A stretch of DNA of 63,979 nt, filler included, from an uncultured bacterium (GTDB lineage Bacteria > Hinthialibacterota > Hinthialibacteria > Hinthialibacterales > Hinthialibacteraceae): NCBI GenBank assembly GCA_964449065.1. It is 15 parts of 15 records of this genome, joined end to end, with 100 filler letters (N's around TTAATTAATTAA, not from the genome) between each part and the next. Parts side by side here need not be neighbours in the genome. Positions count along the whole stretch, not along the records: positions 52,279 to 56,461 come from CAYVAZ010000401.1; positions 56,562 to 60,743 come from CAYVAZ010000402.1; positions 60,844 to 63,979 come from CAYVAZ010000472.1; 12 more parts are not named here. One strand, given 5' to 3'. The position numbers and the translations under genes are program-made. Below the pieces are notes generated by a model, which worked only from the letters and a program-made list of their open reading frames with translations, was not told where the DNA came from and did no database searches. This document shows, piece by piece, positions 52,335 through 61,559 of this stretch; the stretch's first letter is position 1, and every line of letters begins with the position of its first letter.

Positions 52335-52763
52335 TTAATACTCTTCTTCATCCCAGTTGCCGACGTCGTCTTCGGTGCCTTCTTGGCTGTCTTTGCCGGG
52401 GGAGAAGAGGTCGTAGTTAATGCCTTTGGAGCCGGGGTATTGATAGACGTAATCGTTGCCCCACGGGTCGCGGAAGGCACTTCTACGCGCGTAGGGTCCG
52501 TTCCAGCCTTCGATGCCGGGGTCTTCAAACAAGGCATTCAGACCTTCATCGGTTGTGGGGTAATCGCCAATGTCCATCTCATATAAGTTCAGCATGGTTT
52601 CGAAGTTTTGGATATCGGCTTTGGCGCGCGCGGTTTTGGCTTTGTCCGTCTGGCCGCGGAAGTTCATCAAGACCGCTCCCGCCAGGATCCCAATGATGGT
52701 AACCACAAGCAGCAGTTCCACCAGCGTAAATCCTTTTTTGTGTTGGTTTTTTCGATGTTTCAT
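52335..52763 (-). CDS. gspG: Type II secretion major pseudopilin
   Basis: GFTLVELL, YPTTDEGL.AL...P....WNGPY, DPWGN.Y.Y..PG, S.G.D...GTEDD. Confidence 0.93.
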   Translation of the reverse strand: MKHRKNQHKKGFTLVELLLVVTIIGILAGAVLMNFRGQTDKAKTARAKADIQNFETMLNLYEMDIGDYPTTDEGLNALFEDPGIEGWNGPYARRSAFRDPWGNDYVYQYPGSKGINYDLFSPGKDSQEGTEDDVGNWDEEEY

Positions 52764-52834
52764 GATTGTTCCTCCATGTTGATTTTATGTATTACCCTTT
52801 TTGAGTTTTGAGTTCTCTCATCCCTAATCCCTGC

Positions 52835-54046
52835 TTAAATATTTTGACTGAGTTGAAAGATGGGCATAATCATCGCGAAGACGATAAACCCGACAATGAC
52901 CGCCATCACGACAATCATCACCGGTTCGATGATGGTGGTGATGGTTTTGATGACGCGGTCGGTTTCCGATTCAAACGTATCGGCGACCCGTTCAAGCGTG
53001 ATTTCCAAACTGCCGGTTTCTTCACCCACGGCGACCATGTTGATGGCGACCGGGGGGAACAAACTGCTTTGCGCCATGCGGTCGGAGAGTTTGACCCCTT
53101 CTTTAATGCTGTCGGCAAATCCTTTGATATCGTTTTTTAACACCTGGTTGGAGATGACCTGTTCGGTGATGGCAAGCGCGTTAAGAATCGCGACACCGTT
53201 GCCCAACAACGTGCCCAGCGTCCGGCTGAATTTGGCGATTTCACGCTTTTTTATCATCTCGCCCAACAGAGGTAACTGAAGCATCGCGCGGTCAAACTGC
53301 AGCTTTCCGTTTTCGGTTTTCAGATAATGGCGTAACATGAATCCTCCCCCGATTAAGCCGATCAACAATGCCCACCACCAATTGCTGAGCACCTCACTCA
53401 GACCCAACAATACCTGCGTGGCGATGGGCAGCGCCATATCGATATCAGCAAACATAACCTGAAAGTTAGGGACAACCACGGTAAATAAGATGACCATAAC
53501 GAAAAAGCAAACCATGACCATAAACGCCGGATAGGTCATGGCGGATATGATTTTGCTGCGGGTTTCGTGTTCGTTTTCCAAAAAGGTTGCGAGGCGTTCC
53601 ATGACCAGATCAAGCATCCCGCCCGCTTCTCCGGCGCGCACCATGCTGTGGTAGAGGTTGGAGAAGACTTTTTTGTGTTTCTTCATCGCGTCCGAGAAGG
53701 CCATTCCGGTTTGGACATCGTTGCGCAGGTTTTTGATGACTTCCTGCATTTTGGGGTTGGGCGTCTGCTGCGAGATAACATCCAAACAACGCACCAACGG
53801 CAGGCCGGCGCGGAGCAGGTCGCTCATTTGGCGGCTGAAGGTCATGATATCGGCCAACCCAACGCGCTGGAGAATTTGCAAGTTCACCTCACGCTGCAAG
53901 CCTTTGCCTGCTCCAGACTCTTGCACCGAAATCGGGAACACCTGCATCTTTTGTAGTTTGTTGATGACCAAGCGGCGGCTGTCGGCATCGATGACGCCTT
54001 CAACAATTTCTCCGCTGAGTTTTTTTGCTTTGTAGTTGAACTGCAT
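52835..54046 (-). CDS. gspF: Type II secretion / type IV pilus platform protein (GspF/PilC)
   Basis: F.RQ...LL.AGLPL, AGE.GG.L, YP, VGEETG.L, IEP. Confidence 0.92.
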   Translation of the reverse strand: MQFNYKAKKLSGEIVEGVIDADSRRLVINKLQKMQVFPISVQESGAGKGLQREVNLQILQRVGLADIMTFSRQMSDLLRAGLPLVRCLDVISQQTPNPKMQEVIKNLRNDVQTGMAFSDAMKKHKKVFSNLYHSMVRAGEAGGMLDLVMERLATFLENEHETRSKIISAMTYPAFMVMVCFFVMVILFTVVVPNFQVMFADIDMALPIATQVLLGLSEVLSNWWWALLIGLIGGGFMLRHYLKTENGKLQFDRAMLQLPLLGEMIKKREIAKFSRTLGTLLGNGVAILNALAITEQVISNQVLKNDIKGFADSIKEGVKLSDRMAQSSLFPPVAINMVAVGEETGSLEITLERVADTFESETDRVIKTITTIIEPVMIVVMAVIVGFIVFAMIMPIFQLSQNI

Positions 54047-54152
54047 TTTTTTNNNNNNNNNNNNNNNNNNNNNNNNNNNNNNNNNNNNNNNNNNNNNNNN
54101 NNNNNNNNNNNNNNNNNNNNNNNNNNNNNNNNNNNNNNNNNNNNNNNNNNNN

Positions 54153-54329
54153 TTTCGGTCTCTCATGCTCATCAAAATGGCACTCTACCGCTTCACGAAC
54201 GTGCTTGTGCAGTTCATCAACATCGTTGGCTTCCGTAAAAATCGCTTCACCCAACGCCCGGGCGGAGTACCCGCCGTCGGGAGAATCTTCAATTAAAAAA
54301 ATAATTTCGCTATTGGGCATTCTCATCAT
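54153..54329 (-). CDS. HicB-like antitoxin-fold small protein (3'-partial, runs into gap)
   Basis: EIIFLIE.SPDGGYSARALGE.IFTEA...DEL...VREAV.CHFDE..RP. Confidence 0.7.
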
Positions 54330-54356
54330 ACCTTTCTGTGATACCCCATTCTTGAT

Positions 54357-56060
54357 TTACCATTCTTGCGTCACCCGAATCAGTTCTTCAATCGTGGTTT
54401 CGCCGCGTTGTACTTTTTCCAGCGCGTTCATACGCAGGGTTTTTAAGCCTTCTTTCAGCGCTTGGTCCTTAATGCGGCTCGCGGACAATCTTTGTACCGT
54501 CAGATCGCGAATGTCTTCCGTCATGTGCATGATTTCATAAATCGCGGTCCGGCCCTTGTAGCCCAGAAATTTGCAGTCTTCACAGCCTTTGCCGCGGTAG
54601 TATTTTTGTCCGGCATATTCCGGACCGTCCAAGCCTAATCCGGCCAGGGTGTCGTGTTCGGGTGTGTATTCTTCCACGCATTTCTGGCAGATTCTGCGCA
54701 TCAAACGCTGGGCTACCACACCGATAACGGAAGACGAAACCAAATACGGCTCTACGCCCATATCAATCAAGCGGGTGATTGCCCCCGGCGCGTCGTTGGT
54801 GTGCAAGGTGGTAAACACCAAGTGACCGGTGAGCGCCGCTTGGATGGCGATTTCCGCGGTATCGTGGTCACGGGTTTCCCCCACGAGAATAATATCGGGG
54901 TCTTGCCGCAGAAACGCGCGAAGCACGCGGGCGAATGTGAGATCGATTTTGGGATTGACTTGAATTTGGATAATGCCCTTGAGGTGATACTCAATCGGTT
55001 CTTCAATCGTCAAAATCTTCACATCGGATTGATTTAACCGCGATAAAGTGGCATACAACGTGGTCGTCTTACCGCTTCCCGTCGGCCCGGTTACCAAAAT
55101 AATGCCGTGCGGCCGGGAAATTAATTTCTTGAACTCATTTTCTGTATATTCATCGAATCCCAATTGGCGCAGGTCATAAATCGTGCTGTCGCGGTTGAGA
55201 ATCCGAATAACGATGCTTTCTCCGTAAGCGGATGGAACGGTCGATACCCGCAAGTCAAACTCTAAGTTGCCGGATTTAATGTTGATCCGGCCATCCTGCG
55301 GGATCCGTTTTTCGGCGATGTTCATATCGGCCATAATTTTGATCCGCGAGATCACCGCCGCCTGGTAGCGCCGGATCGTCGGTGGAACCGCCGCTTCATA
55401 GAGAAGACCGTCAATCCGGTAGCGGATGCGCAGTTCGTCCTCGAAAGGCTCGAAGTGGATATCGGTGGCGCGGTCCAGCACCGCTTCGGTCATAATCTGG
55501 TTCACGAAGCGGATGATAGAGGCATCCTCGCTCATGTCTTCGATGTTGGCTTTGAGTTCTTCTTCTTCCTGCTCGCCGCCTTCTTCTTCCAACATGCTGT
55601 CGATGGTATCGGCGCCGATTCCGTAATACTTCTTGATGGCGGCGCGGATGTCATCGCTGGGGGTAAGCACCGGCTCAATATCGTGCTTGACGATCATGCG
55701 GATATCATCAAGCGCGGTGAAGTTGAGGGGATCGGCGGTCGCTACCTTGATGGTATTGCCTTCTTTGCCGATGGGGATCATATTGTAGCGGTTGATCAGC
55801 CGGATGGGCAGCAGATTGAGTGTTTCTTGGGGCAGTTCGGTATCTTTGACACTAAAGCATTCAATGCCCAGTTGCGCGCTGAGCGTTTCCATGATCTGCT
55901 CTTCAGACGCGATTCCATTGTTGACCAGGATGGTGTCGAGGTGGTCGCCGGTTTTATCCTGTATGGCAATCGCGCGGTTGACGTCATCCGGCTCAATGAC
56001 ATTGAACGAGCGTAAGAGTTCGCCGTAGCGCCTGCCGACTGTTCCTAGACCTGATTTCAT
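54357..56060 (-). CDS. gspE: Type II secretion / pilus assembly ATPase (GspE/PilB)
   Basis: ATDIHFEP, R.RIDG.L, PQDGR, GPTGSGKTTTLY, LRQDPD.ILVGE.RD, TGHLV.TTLHTNDA, Cys pairs. Confidence 0.95.
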   Translation of the reverse strand: MKSGLGTVGRRYGELLRSFNVIEPDDVNRAIAIQDKTGDHLDTILVNNGIASEEQIMETLSAQLGIECFSVKDTELPQETLNLLPIRLINRYNMIPIGKEGNTIKVATADPLNFTALDDIRMIVKHDIEPVLTPSDDIRAAIKKYYGIGADTIDSMLEEEGGEQEEEELKANIEDMSEDASIIRFVNQIMTEAVLDRATDIHFEPFEDELRIRYRIDGLLYEAAVPPTIRRYQAAVISRIKIMADMNIAEKRIPQDGRINIKSGNLEFDLRVSTVPSAYGESIVIRILNRDSTIYDLRQLGFDEYTENEFKKLISRPHGIILVTGPTGSGKTTTLYATLSRLNQSDVKILTIEEPIEYHLKGIIQIQVNPKIDLTFARVLRAFLRQDPDIILVGETRDHDTAEIAIQAALTGHLVFTTLHTNDAPGAITRLIDMGVEPYLVSSSVIGVVAQRLMRRICQKCVEEYTPEHDTLAGLGLDGPEYAGQKYYRGKGCEDCKFLGYKGRTAIYEIMHMTEDIRDLTVQRLSASRIKDQALKEGLKTLRMNALEKVQRGETTIEELIRVTQEW

Positions 56061-56615
56061 CGCTATTCCTCATCGTTAAAATTCACTTCGTACTTATTCA
56101 TAGGCAATTTTCCTGCCAAGTTGTGCGGGGAGATCAAAACCCACCTTAACATACTGATATATAGAGCCTTAATCAACTTAAAGCATTTTTGAACTGGTGA
56201 ATGGAACGCGAAACTACGGGTAGAATTGACGTGATTTTACGGGAGGGGATTGTATTTTTGCGGGATTGTAACAGGTCAGCGGTATGAAATGAAAAAATGG
56301 GTTAGATTGACTTTTCCCTCCCCAATGCAATCTACTCTCCGTACACAAATCATCTTGAGTCAAAGATTTCCCTGAATGATTTAAACCGCGAATACACGCC
56401 AATAAACGCGAATAACGACTTTGCCGATTTCAGTCCATTGGATTTCAACCCCTATATCGTCNNNNNNNNNNNNNNNNNNNNNNNNNNNNNNNNNNNNNNN
56501 NNNNNTTAATTAATTAANNNNNNNNNNNNNNNNNNNNNNNNNNNNNNNNNNNNNNNNNNNNCCTTAATAAGGGGGGATAACAACGACAGTCTCTTCGTTG
56601 CGTAACATCAGTTAA

Positions 56616-57182
56616 TTAATTGGCGTGAAGATGAATCGCCTGCCCGGCGGGGATCAACCGGAAGAAGCCGCCCCGGCTTAACAATCCGTTCGAGGGCTCA
56701 TAAATCGGCCCGCCGCGAATCCCTGCCGGTCCCCAGCCGTCAATGAGCCCGCTGGTTCGCGAACTATGGGCTTTGTCGATTTCAGGATGAAAGCGGCGCG
56801 GCCATAAATCCGTATGGGTGTTGGATGGAATCCAATGATAAAATTTAAAGGACGCGGAGAAGCCTTCGGCAGCCACACCAACTCCACCGCCCTTTACCAC
56901 AAACGTGTCTTGAAAGCGGTCTTCCAAAAAGCCATTTAAATAGGGGATGGGAGTGGTAAGTGGGAACTGCTGCCCGGCACCATCCCGGTGGGCGTGGTAT
57001 GAATTGTTATCCAAATGATACTGCTGCATGGCATCGAACATGGTTCTTAGGTCGCTTTGCGTCCCGGCAATTTTCGCCCGCAGTTGGGCGTTCAAAAAGT
57101 TTGGAACAGCAATAGCGGCTAGAATCCCGATAATGGCGACAACAATAAGTAACTCAATTAAAGTGAATCCTTTTGTTTGCAT
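56616..57182 (-). CDS. Prepilin-type N-terminal cleavage/methylation protein (GspG-like)
   Basis: KGFTLIELLIVVAIIGILAAIAVPNF, Y..DN..Y, LTTP..Y, Y.PSNGL.S.G. Confidence 0.9.
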   Translation of the reverse strand: MQTKGFTLIELLIVVAIIGILAAIAVPNFLNAQLRAKIAGTQSDLRTMFDAMQQYHLDNNSYHAHRDGAGQQFPLTTPIPYLNGFLEDRFQDTFVVKGGGVGVAAEGFSASFKFYHWIPSNTHTDLWPRRFHPEIDKAHSSRTSGLIDGWGPAGIRGGPIYEPSNGLLSRGGFFRLIPAGQAIHLHAN

Positions 57183-57313
57183 CAAAACTCTCCTATTCCT
57201 TACTCATATGATCATAATTACCAAAGTATCAAAATACTATCATATTAAAGTTAAGATGTATACTAGATTTTATAAGACTTTTGTTAAAGAAAAAAAGAAT
57301 TTGACTAAAATAA

Positions 57314-57341
57314 TTGACTGCCGAAGATTTGTAAATATACT
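57314..57341 (+). promoter_or_regulatory. Sigma70 promoter TTGACT-16-TATACT driving the T-box leader
   Basis: Near-consensus hexamers just upstream of Stem I. Confidence 0.7.
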
Positions 57342-57354
57342 TAGCACAAAACGA

Positions 57355-57638
57355 AGAAAGACTGTGAAGAGGAGTAGTACGCGTTCCCTTTGGATTGAGA
57401 GAGCCGGTGGGTGGTGTGAACCGGTTTCAAACAGCGCCGAACTCGCCTCGGAGTCGCTCCCGCGAACGTGAATGGGTTGTTTCACAAAACGTAACACCAG
57501 TAGTTGGAGACGGTTCGCTTCCGTGAACAAGCGTAATGAAGGGCAGCCAAAGCAGCAGAGCAATAGAGGTTGCCGAACCAGGGTGGTACCACGGGAAATT
57601 CAAGCTCGTCCCTGAATGACTAGGGACGGGCTTTTTTT
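57355..57638 (+). ncRNA. T-box riboswitch, Leu specifier (CUC)
   Basis: Stem I motifs AGTA, AGAGAG, GGTGTGAA; GAA-CTC specifier at 57442-57444; T-box AACCAGGGTGGTACCACG at 57576-57593 with antiterminator partner CGTCCCT. Confidence 0.93.
57604..57638 (+). terminator. Intrinsic terminator of the T-box leader
   Basis: gctcgtccct-gaatgact-agggacgggc followed by T7. Confidence 0.9.
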
Positions 57639-57796
57639 ATGTAACTTCCCCAAAATCTACCGTCCTCTCCCGCTGAGAGAGGGTAGGGTTGAGGGTGAAT
57701 AGAGAGAATATATACAGATTTATAAATGACGACCCGGCAAAAAGTCAAAAGTTGTCCATTTTACTTTTTGCCGGAGTATCATAAGTGGGTGAAAGG

Positions 57797-57969
57797 AAAC
57801 AGTTCAGCGATATGAAGTGCGTTTTCAAAAAATCGAATCGATTTTCTCATTCCTCCCCCAATGCAATGGGGGAGGCTAGGTGGGGGTTAAACGCTCAGTG
57901 CTTCAAACCCTCCCCTAACCCCTCCCACCTTTGGGAGGGGAATTTTCTCTTCAAGCTGCTGACCTATTA
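57797..57969 (+). mobile_element. MITE family E, full ~170-bp copy inside the leuA leader
   Basis: Ends aacagttcagc / gctgacctatta. Internal palindromes ctcccccaatgcaatgggggag and cccctcccacctttgggagggg. Confidence 0.75.
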
Positions 57970-58072
57970 CGGTGAAAGTTAGAGATTGAATTTGATGAAC
58001 ATTATGAATAATCAATATACCCTTGCAAAATCCCATTACCCACACGCAAGGTGCGGAAGGAGGTGATGAAGC

Positions 58073-58219
58073 GTGTTAGACCTGCCAGGCGACTTAGGCG
58101 CAGAAAGCGACCTTCGTGAGTTATATCTTTGCTTATTGAGCAACTTAGATTTACAAATTCAAGCGTGCCTAACCACACGCTTCAGAACCAAAACGAAAGG
58201 AACAAAAGCAAATGTCTGA
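58073..58219 (+). CDS. Putative Leu-rich leader peptide (48 aa) overlapping the leuA start
   Basis: SD AAGGAGGTGA 6 nt before [51 protein letters not shown]. 11 Leu codons, 6 of them TTA. Confidence 0.5.
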   Translation: MLDLPGDLGAESDLRELYLCLLSNLDLQIQACLTTRFRTKTKGTKANV

Positions 58220-59756
58220 TTCAAATCAAATTATGATCTTTGACACCACATTGAGAGACGGAGAACAATCACCCGGCTTCAGTATGAACTTGAAAGAAAA
58301 GATGGAGTTCGCCCATCAGCTCAACCGCTTGGGCGTGGATGTCATCGAAGCCGGATTTCCGATAACATCCATCGGCGACTACGAAGCGGTCAAAGCCATC
58401 GCGCAAGAGGTGGAAGGCCCGCAAATCTGCGGGTTAGCCCGCGCGGTGGAAAAAGACATCGATCGCTGCTGGGAAGCGGTGCAGCATTCAAAGAATCCAC
58501 GCATCCACACTTTCATCGCCACCAGCAGTGTGCATGTGGAACGCAAATTAAAAAAGACTCCCGCGCAAGTGTTGGAGATGGCGGTGAAAGCCGTCAAACA
58601 CGCGCGGCAGTATACGGAAAACGTTGAGTTCTCGACCGAAGACGCCGCCCGCACCGACCGTGATTACATCTGCGAAGTCATCCAAGCCGCCATCGAAGCC
58701 GGTGCCGCAACCATCAATGTGCCCGATACCGTCGGGTATTCCAACCCATGGGAATTCGGCGACCTGATCGCTCACATCTTTAAAACCGTAAAGAATGTCA
58801 ACGATGCGATTATCAGCGTGCACTGCCATAACGATATGGGGCTTGCGGTTGCCAACAGCTTGGCTGCCGTCAAGCAGGGAGCCCGCCAGGTTGAATGCAC
58901 CATTAACGGCATCGGCGAACGCGCGGGCAACACGTCACTGGAAGAATTCGTAATGAATTTAAAAGTGCGTAAAGACCAGTTCGGTCTGCATACCGGTATC
59001 GTGACCGAACAAATATACCCGTCATCACGTATGTTGACCCAGTTCACAGGCATTCACGTGCAGCCCAACAAAGCCATTGTGGGAGCCAATGCTTTCGCGC
59101 ATGAAGCGGGCATTCATCAAGACGGTATGTTGAAAGACCGCGAGACCTACGAGATCATGACCCCGCAATCCGTCGGCTGGATGGGCGAATCGATGGTGCT
59201 GGGCAAGCATTCCGGCCGCCACGCGCTTGCCGAGCGGTTGACCGAACTGGGATTCCATCTCAACGGAGAGGCTGTTGGAACCGTTTATGAAAAGTTTAAA
59301 GAACTGGCGGACCGCAAAAAAGCGGTATACGACAGCGATTTGATCGCCCTGGTGGATCAACACGCGCGCGATAAAGAAATTACCCGCTTTAAATTGATGG
59401 GGATGAGTATTCGTACCAGCGCCGATGAACAGGCAAAAGCCTCTATTAAAATCGACGACAACGGCACAGAAAAAGAAGACACGGCCACCGGAGACGGCGC
59501 GTTGGACGCGGCTTTTTCCCTCATCAAGCGGTTAACCGATACTGAAGATTGCGTCCTTACCGATTACCGCGTGGATGCGGTTTCGACCGGGACGGACGCC
59601 CAAGGTTCGGCGCATGTGGTGATTCAGCGCGAAGGCGTGAAGGGCGTAGGCCGCGGCACCGACACCGACGTTATCCGCGCCAGCGTCAAAGCTTTTTTAA
59701 ACGCGGTCAACCATCTCGTCTCCACCGAACCCCGCGAACGCACCGAAACGGTTTAA
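58212..59756 (+). CDS. leuA: 2-isopropylmalate synthase
   Basis: [54 protein letters not shown]-terminal regulatory domain. Confidence 0.97.
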   Translation: MSDSNQIMIFDTTLRDGEQSPGFSMNLKEKMEFAHQLNRLGVDVIEAGFPITSIGDYEAVKAIAQEVEGPQICGLARAVEKDIDRCWEAVQHSKNPRIHTFIATSSVHVERKLKKTPAQVLEMAVKAVKHARQYTENVEFSTEDAARTDRDYICEVIQAAIEAGAATINVPDTVGYSNPWEFGDLIAHIFKTVKNVNDAIISVHCHNDMGLAVANSLAAVKQGARQVECTINGIGERAGNTSLEEFVMNLKVRKDQFGLHTGIVTEQIYPSSRMLTQFTGIHVQPNKAIVGANAFAHEAGIHQDGMLKDRETYEIMTPQSVGWMGESMVLGKHSGRHALAERLTELGFHLNGEAVGTVYEKFKELADRKKAVYDSDLIALVDQHARDKEITRFKLMGMSIRTSADEQAKASIKIDDNGTEKEDTATGDGALDAAFSLIKRLTDTEDCVLTDYRVDAVSTGTDAQGSAHVVIQREGVKGVGRGTDTDVIRASVKAFLNAVNHLVSTEPRERTETV

Positions 59757-59916
59757 TCGTTCAATCAACAAACAAATGTAGGGGCACGCTGCAGCGTGCC
59801 CCTACTATCTTGATTTTCCCTAACACATTTCTCATCTTTGTAACCGTATGATTTTTTACATTTTCTTGTAATATATCAAATCAACATCGAGCCACTAATA
59901 CGCATGGAGAAATAGA

Positions 59917-60687
59917 ATGAAAACCGCAGCGAGTTTTGGATTGACCGTAATGCTTTTGTTGGCAAGTTATACTACCCAGCTGGTATCCGCCCAAATCCTC
60001 AGCGAAGACCTGGAACTTGAAATCGGTGCCGGAGCATTGGTTCGGCAGGAATACCCTGGATCGGATTCCTACAGCGTGCTGCCGATTCCGTATATCGATA
60101 TCAACTACAAAGACCGCATCCGCGTGTTGGGAGACAGCATCCGCTTTAGCGCGTTTACCTGGAACGGCTTGCATGTCGGTGCGGTCGGCGAGTTTGACTT
60201 CGGCCGCGATGAAGATGATGATACCATCCTGCGCGGATTGGGGGATATTGATCCCACGGTTGAATTGGGAATCTTCGCTGATTATTTGTGGAAAGAATTT
60301 TTGATCGTGCAAACATCCTTCCGCCACGCGGTCAGCGGCCACGAGAGTTTTATCGGCGACGCGGGCATTTTTTTTCAAAACCGTGTGGGTAAATTTTCTT
60401 ACCGCATCGGTCCGGAAGTCACCTTTTCTACTGATGATTATGTGCAGGAATACTACGGCATAACCCCCGCGCAATCGGCACGCAGCGGCCTTCCAGTCTA
60501 CGACCCTGACGGCGGATTTGTCGATGTCGGAATCACGCTTACGACCAAATATCAGATCAATGAAAAATGGGGAGTCGTTGGCTTTGCATCGGTCGATTTT
60601 CTGTTGGAAGAAGTTACCGACAGCCCCCTCGCGGAAGAAGATATTTCCCCCACCGTCGGCCTCTTCTTCAGTTACAAGATTCAGTAA
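59917..60687 (+). CDS. MipA/OmpV family outer membrane protein
   Basis: Y.GSD.Y...P.P, LRGLGDID, YYGIT..QSARSGL..Y, DSPL, aromatic C-terminal strand. Confidence 0.88.
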   Translation: MKTAASFGLTVMLLLASYTTQLVSAQILSEDLELEIGAGALVRQEYPGSDSYSVLPIPYIDINYKDRIRVLGDSIRFSAFTWNGLHVGAVGEFDFGRDEDDDTILRGLGDIDPTVELGIFADYLWKEFLIVQTSFRHAVSGHESFIGDAGIFFQNRVGKFSYRIGPEVTFSTDDYVQEYYGITPAQSARSGLPVYDPDGGFVDVGITLTTKYQINEKWGVVGFASVDFLLEEVTDSPLAEEDISPTVGLFFSYKIQ

Positions 60688-60843
60688 GAGAAAACACGTT
60701 TAATGAAATGTGTGATGGGTGGGCTCGTGACAGCAGCCCGCCANNNNNNNNNNNNNNNNNNNNNNNNNNNNNNNNNNNNNNNNNNNNTTAATTAATTAAN
60801 NNNNNNNNNNNNNNNNNNNNNNNNNNNNNNNNNNNNNNNNNNN

Positions 60844-61488
60844 ATGCTCAAAGAACACCCCGGTATCGATGTCGGTATCCATCTTACCCTCACCAGCGAG
60901 TGGGAAAACGTAAAGTGGGGACCGATGACCCACGCCCCCAGCCTGGTCGACGCGATGGGCTGGTTCTTCCCCATGACCCGGAGGAACAATAACTTCCCGC
61001 CCAATTCGTCATTCCTGGAAGCCGATTATAACCTGGAAGAAGTGGAAGCGGAAATACGCGCCCAAATCGAACACGCCATGCAGGATATCCCTAGAATCTC
61101 CCACGTCACCGCCCACATGGGAACCGCCGGTTCTACCCCAAAACTAAAAGCCATGCTGGATCGAATCCTAAAAGACTACAATCTTGCGAACGATGTACCA
61201 GGTGTTAAACGGGGCGTATCGTATGGCGATAGCACCGATTCACCGGAAAAACGGGAAGCCGCTTTGATCGAATCGCTCGAAGCACTAACTCCAGGTATCT
61301 ATCTCTGCGTGATCCATGCCGGATTGGATACTCCGGAAATGCGGGCAATGGGGCATAAAGGATATGAGAATGTTGCCGAAGACCGGGCGGGTGTTACATA
61401 CGCGTTTACCAGCGATAAAGTGAAAGCCGTGATCAAGAAGAAAAGCATACGCCTTGCCAGCTATGCGGATGTGTTGAAAAAGAACTAA
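60844..61488 (+). CDS. ChbG/YdjC family carbohydrate deacetylase (5'-partial)
   Basis: DVGIHLTLTSEW...WGP, E.RAQIE, SHVTAHMG. Confidence 0.85.
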   Translation: MLKEHPGIDVGIHLTLTSEWENVKWGPMTHAPSLVDAMGWFFPMTRRNNNFPPNSSFLEADYNLEEVEAEIRAQIEHAMQDIPRISHVTAHMGTAGSTPKLKAMLDRILKDYNLANDVPGVKRGVSYGDSTDSPEKREAALIESLEALTPGIYLCVIHAGLDTPEMRAMGHKGYENVAEDRAGVTYAFTSDKVKAVIKKKSIRLASYADVLKKN

Positions 61489-61559
61489 CACTGTTATCAA
61501 TTATGAGTATGTTGTGGGGAGCATCGGTTTCCAGCCGGTGAATGCCGTTTGTTAGATAT

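Noticed and set aside
58066..58119. Arg-rich mini-ORF MKRVRPARRLRRRKRPS
   Set aside because: Its ATG overlaps the SD with no spacing. The GTG frame has proper spacing and fits leuA biology.
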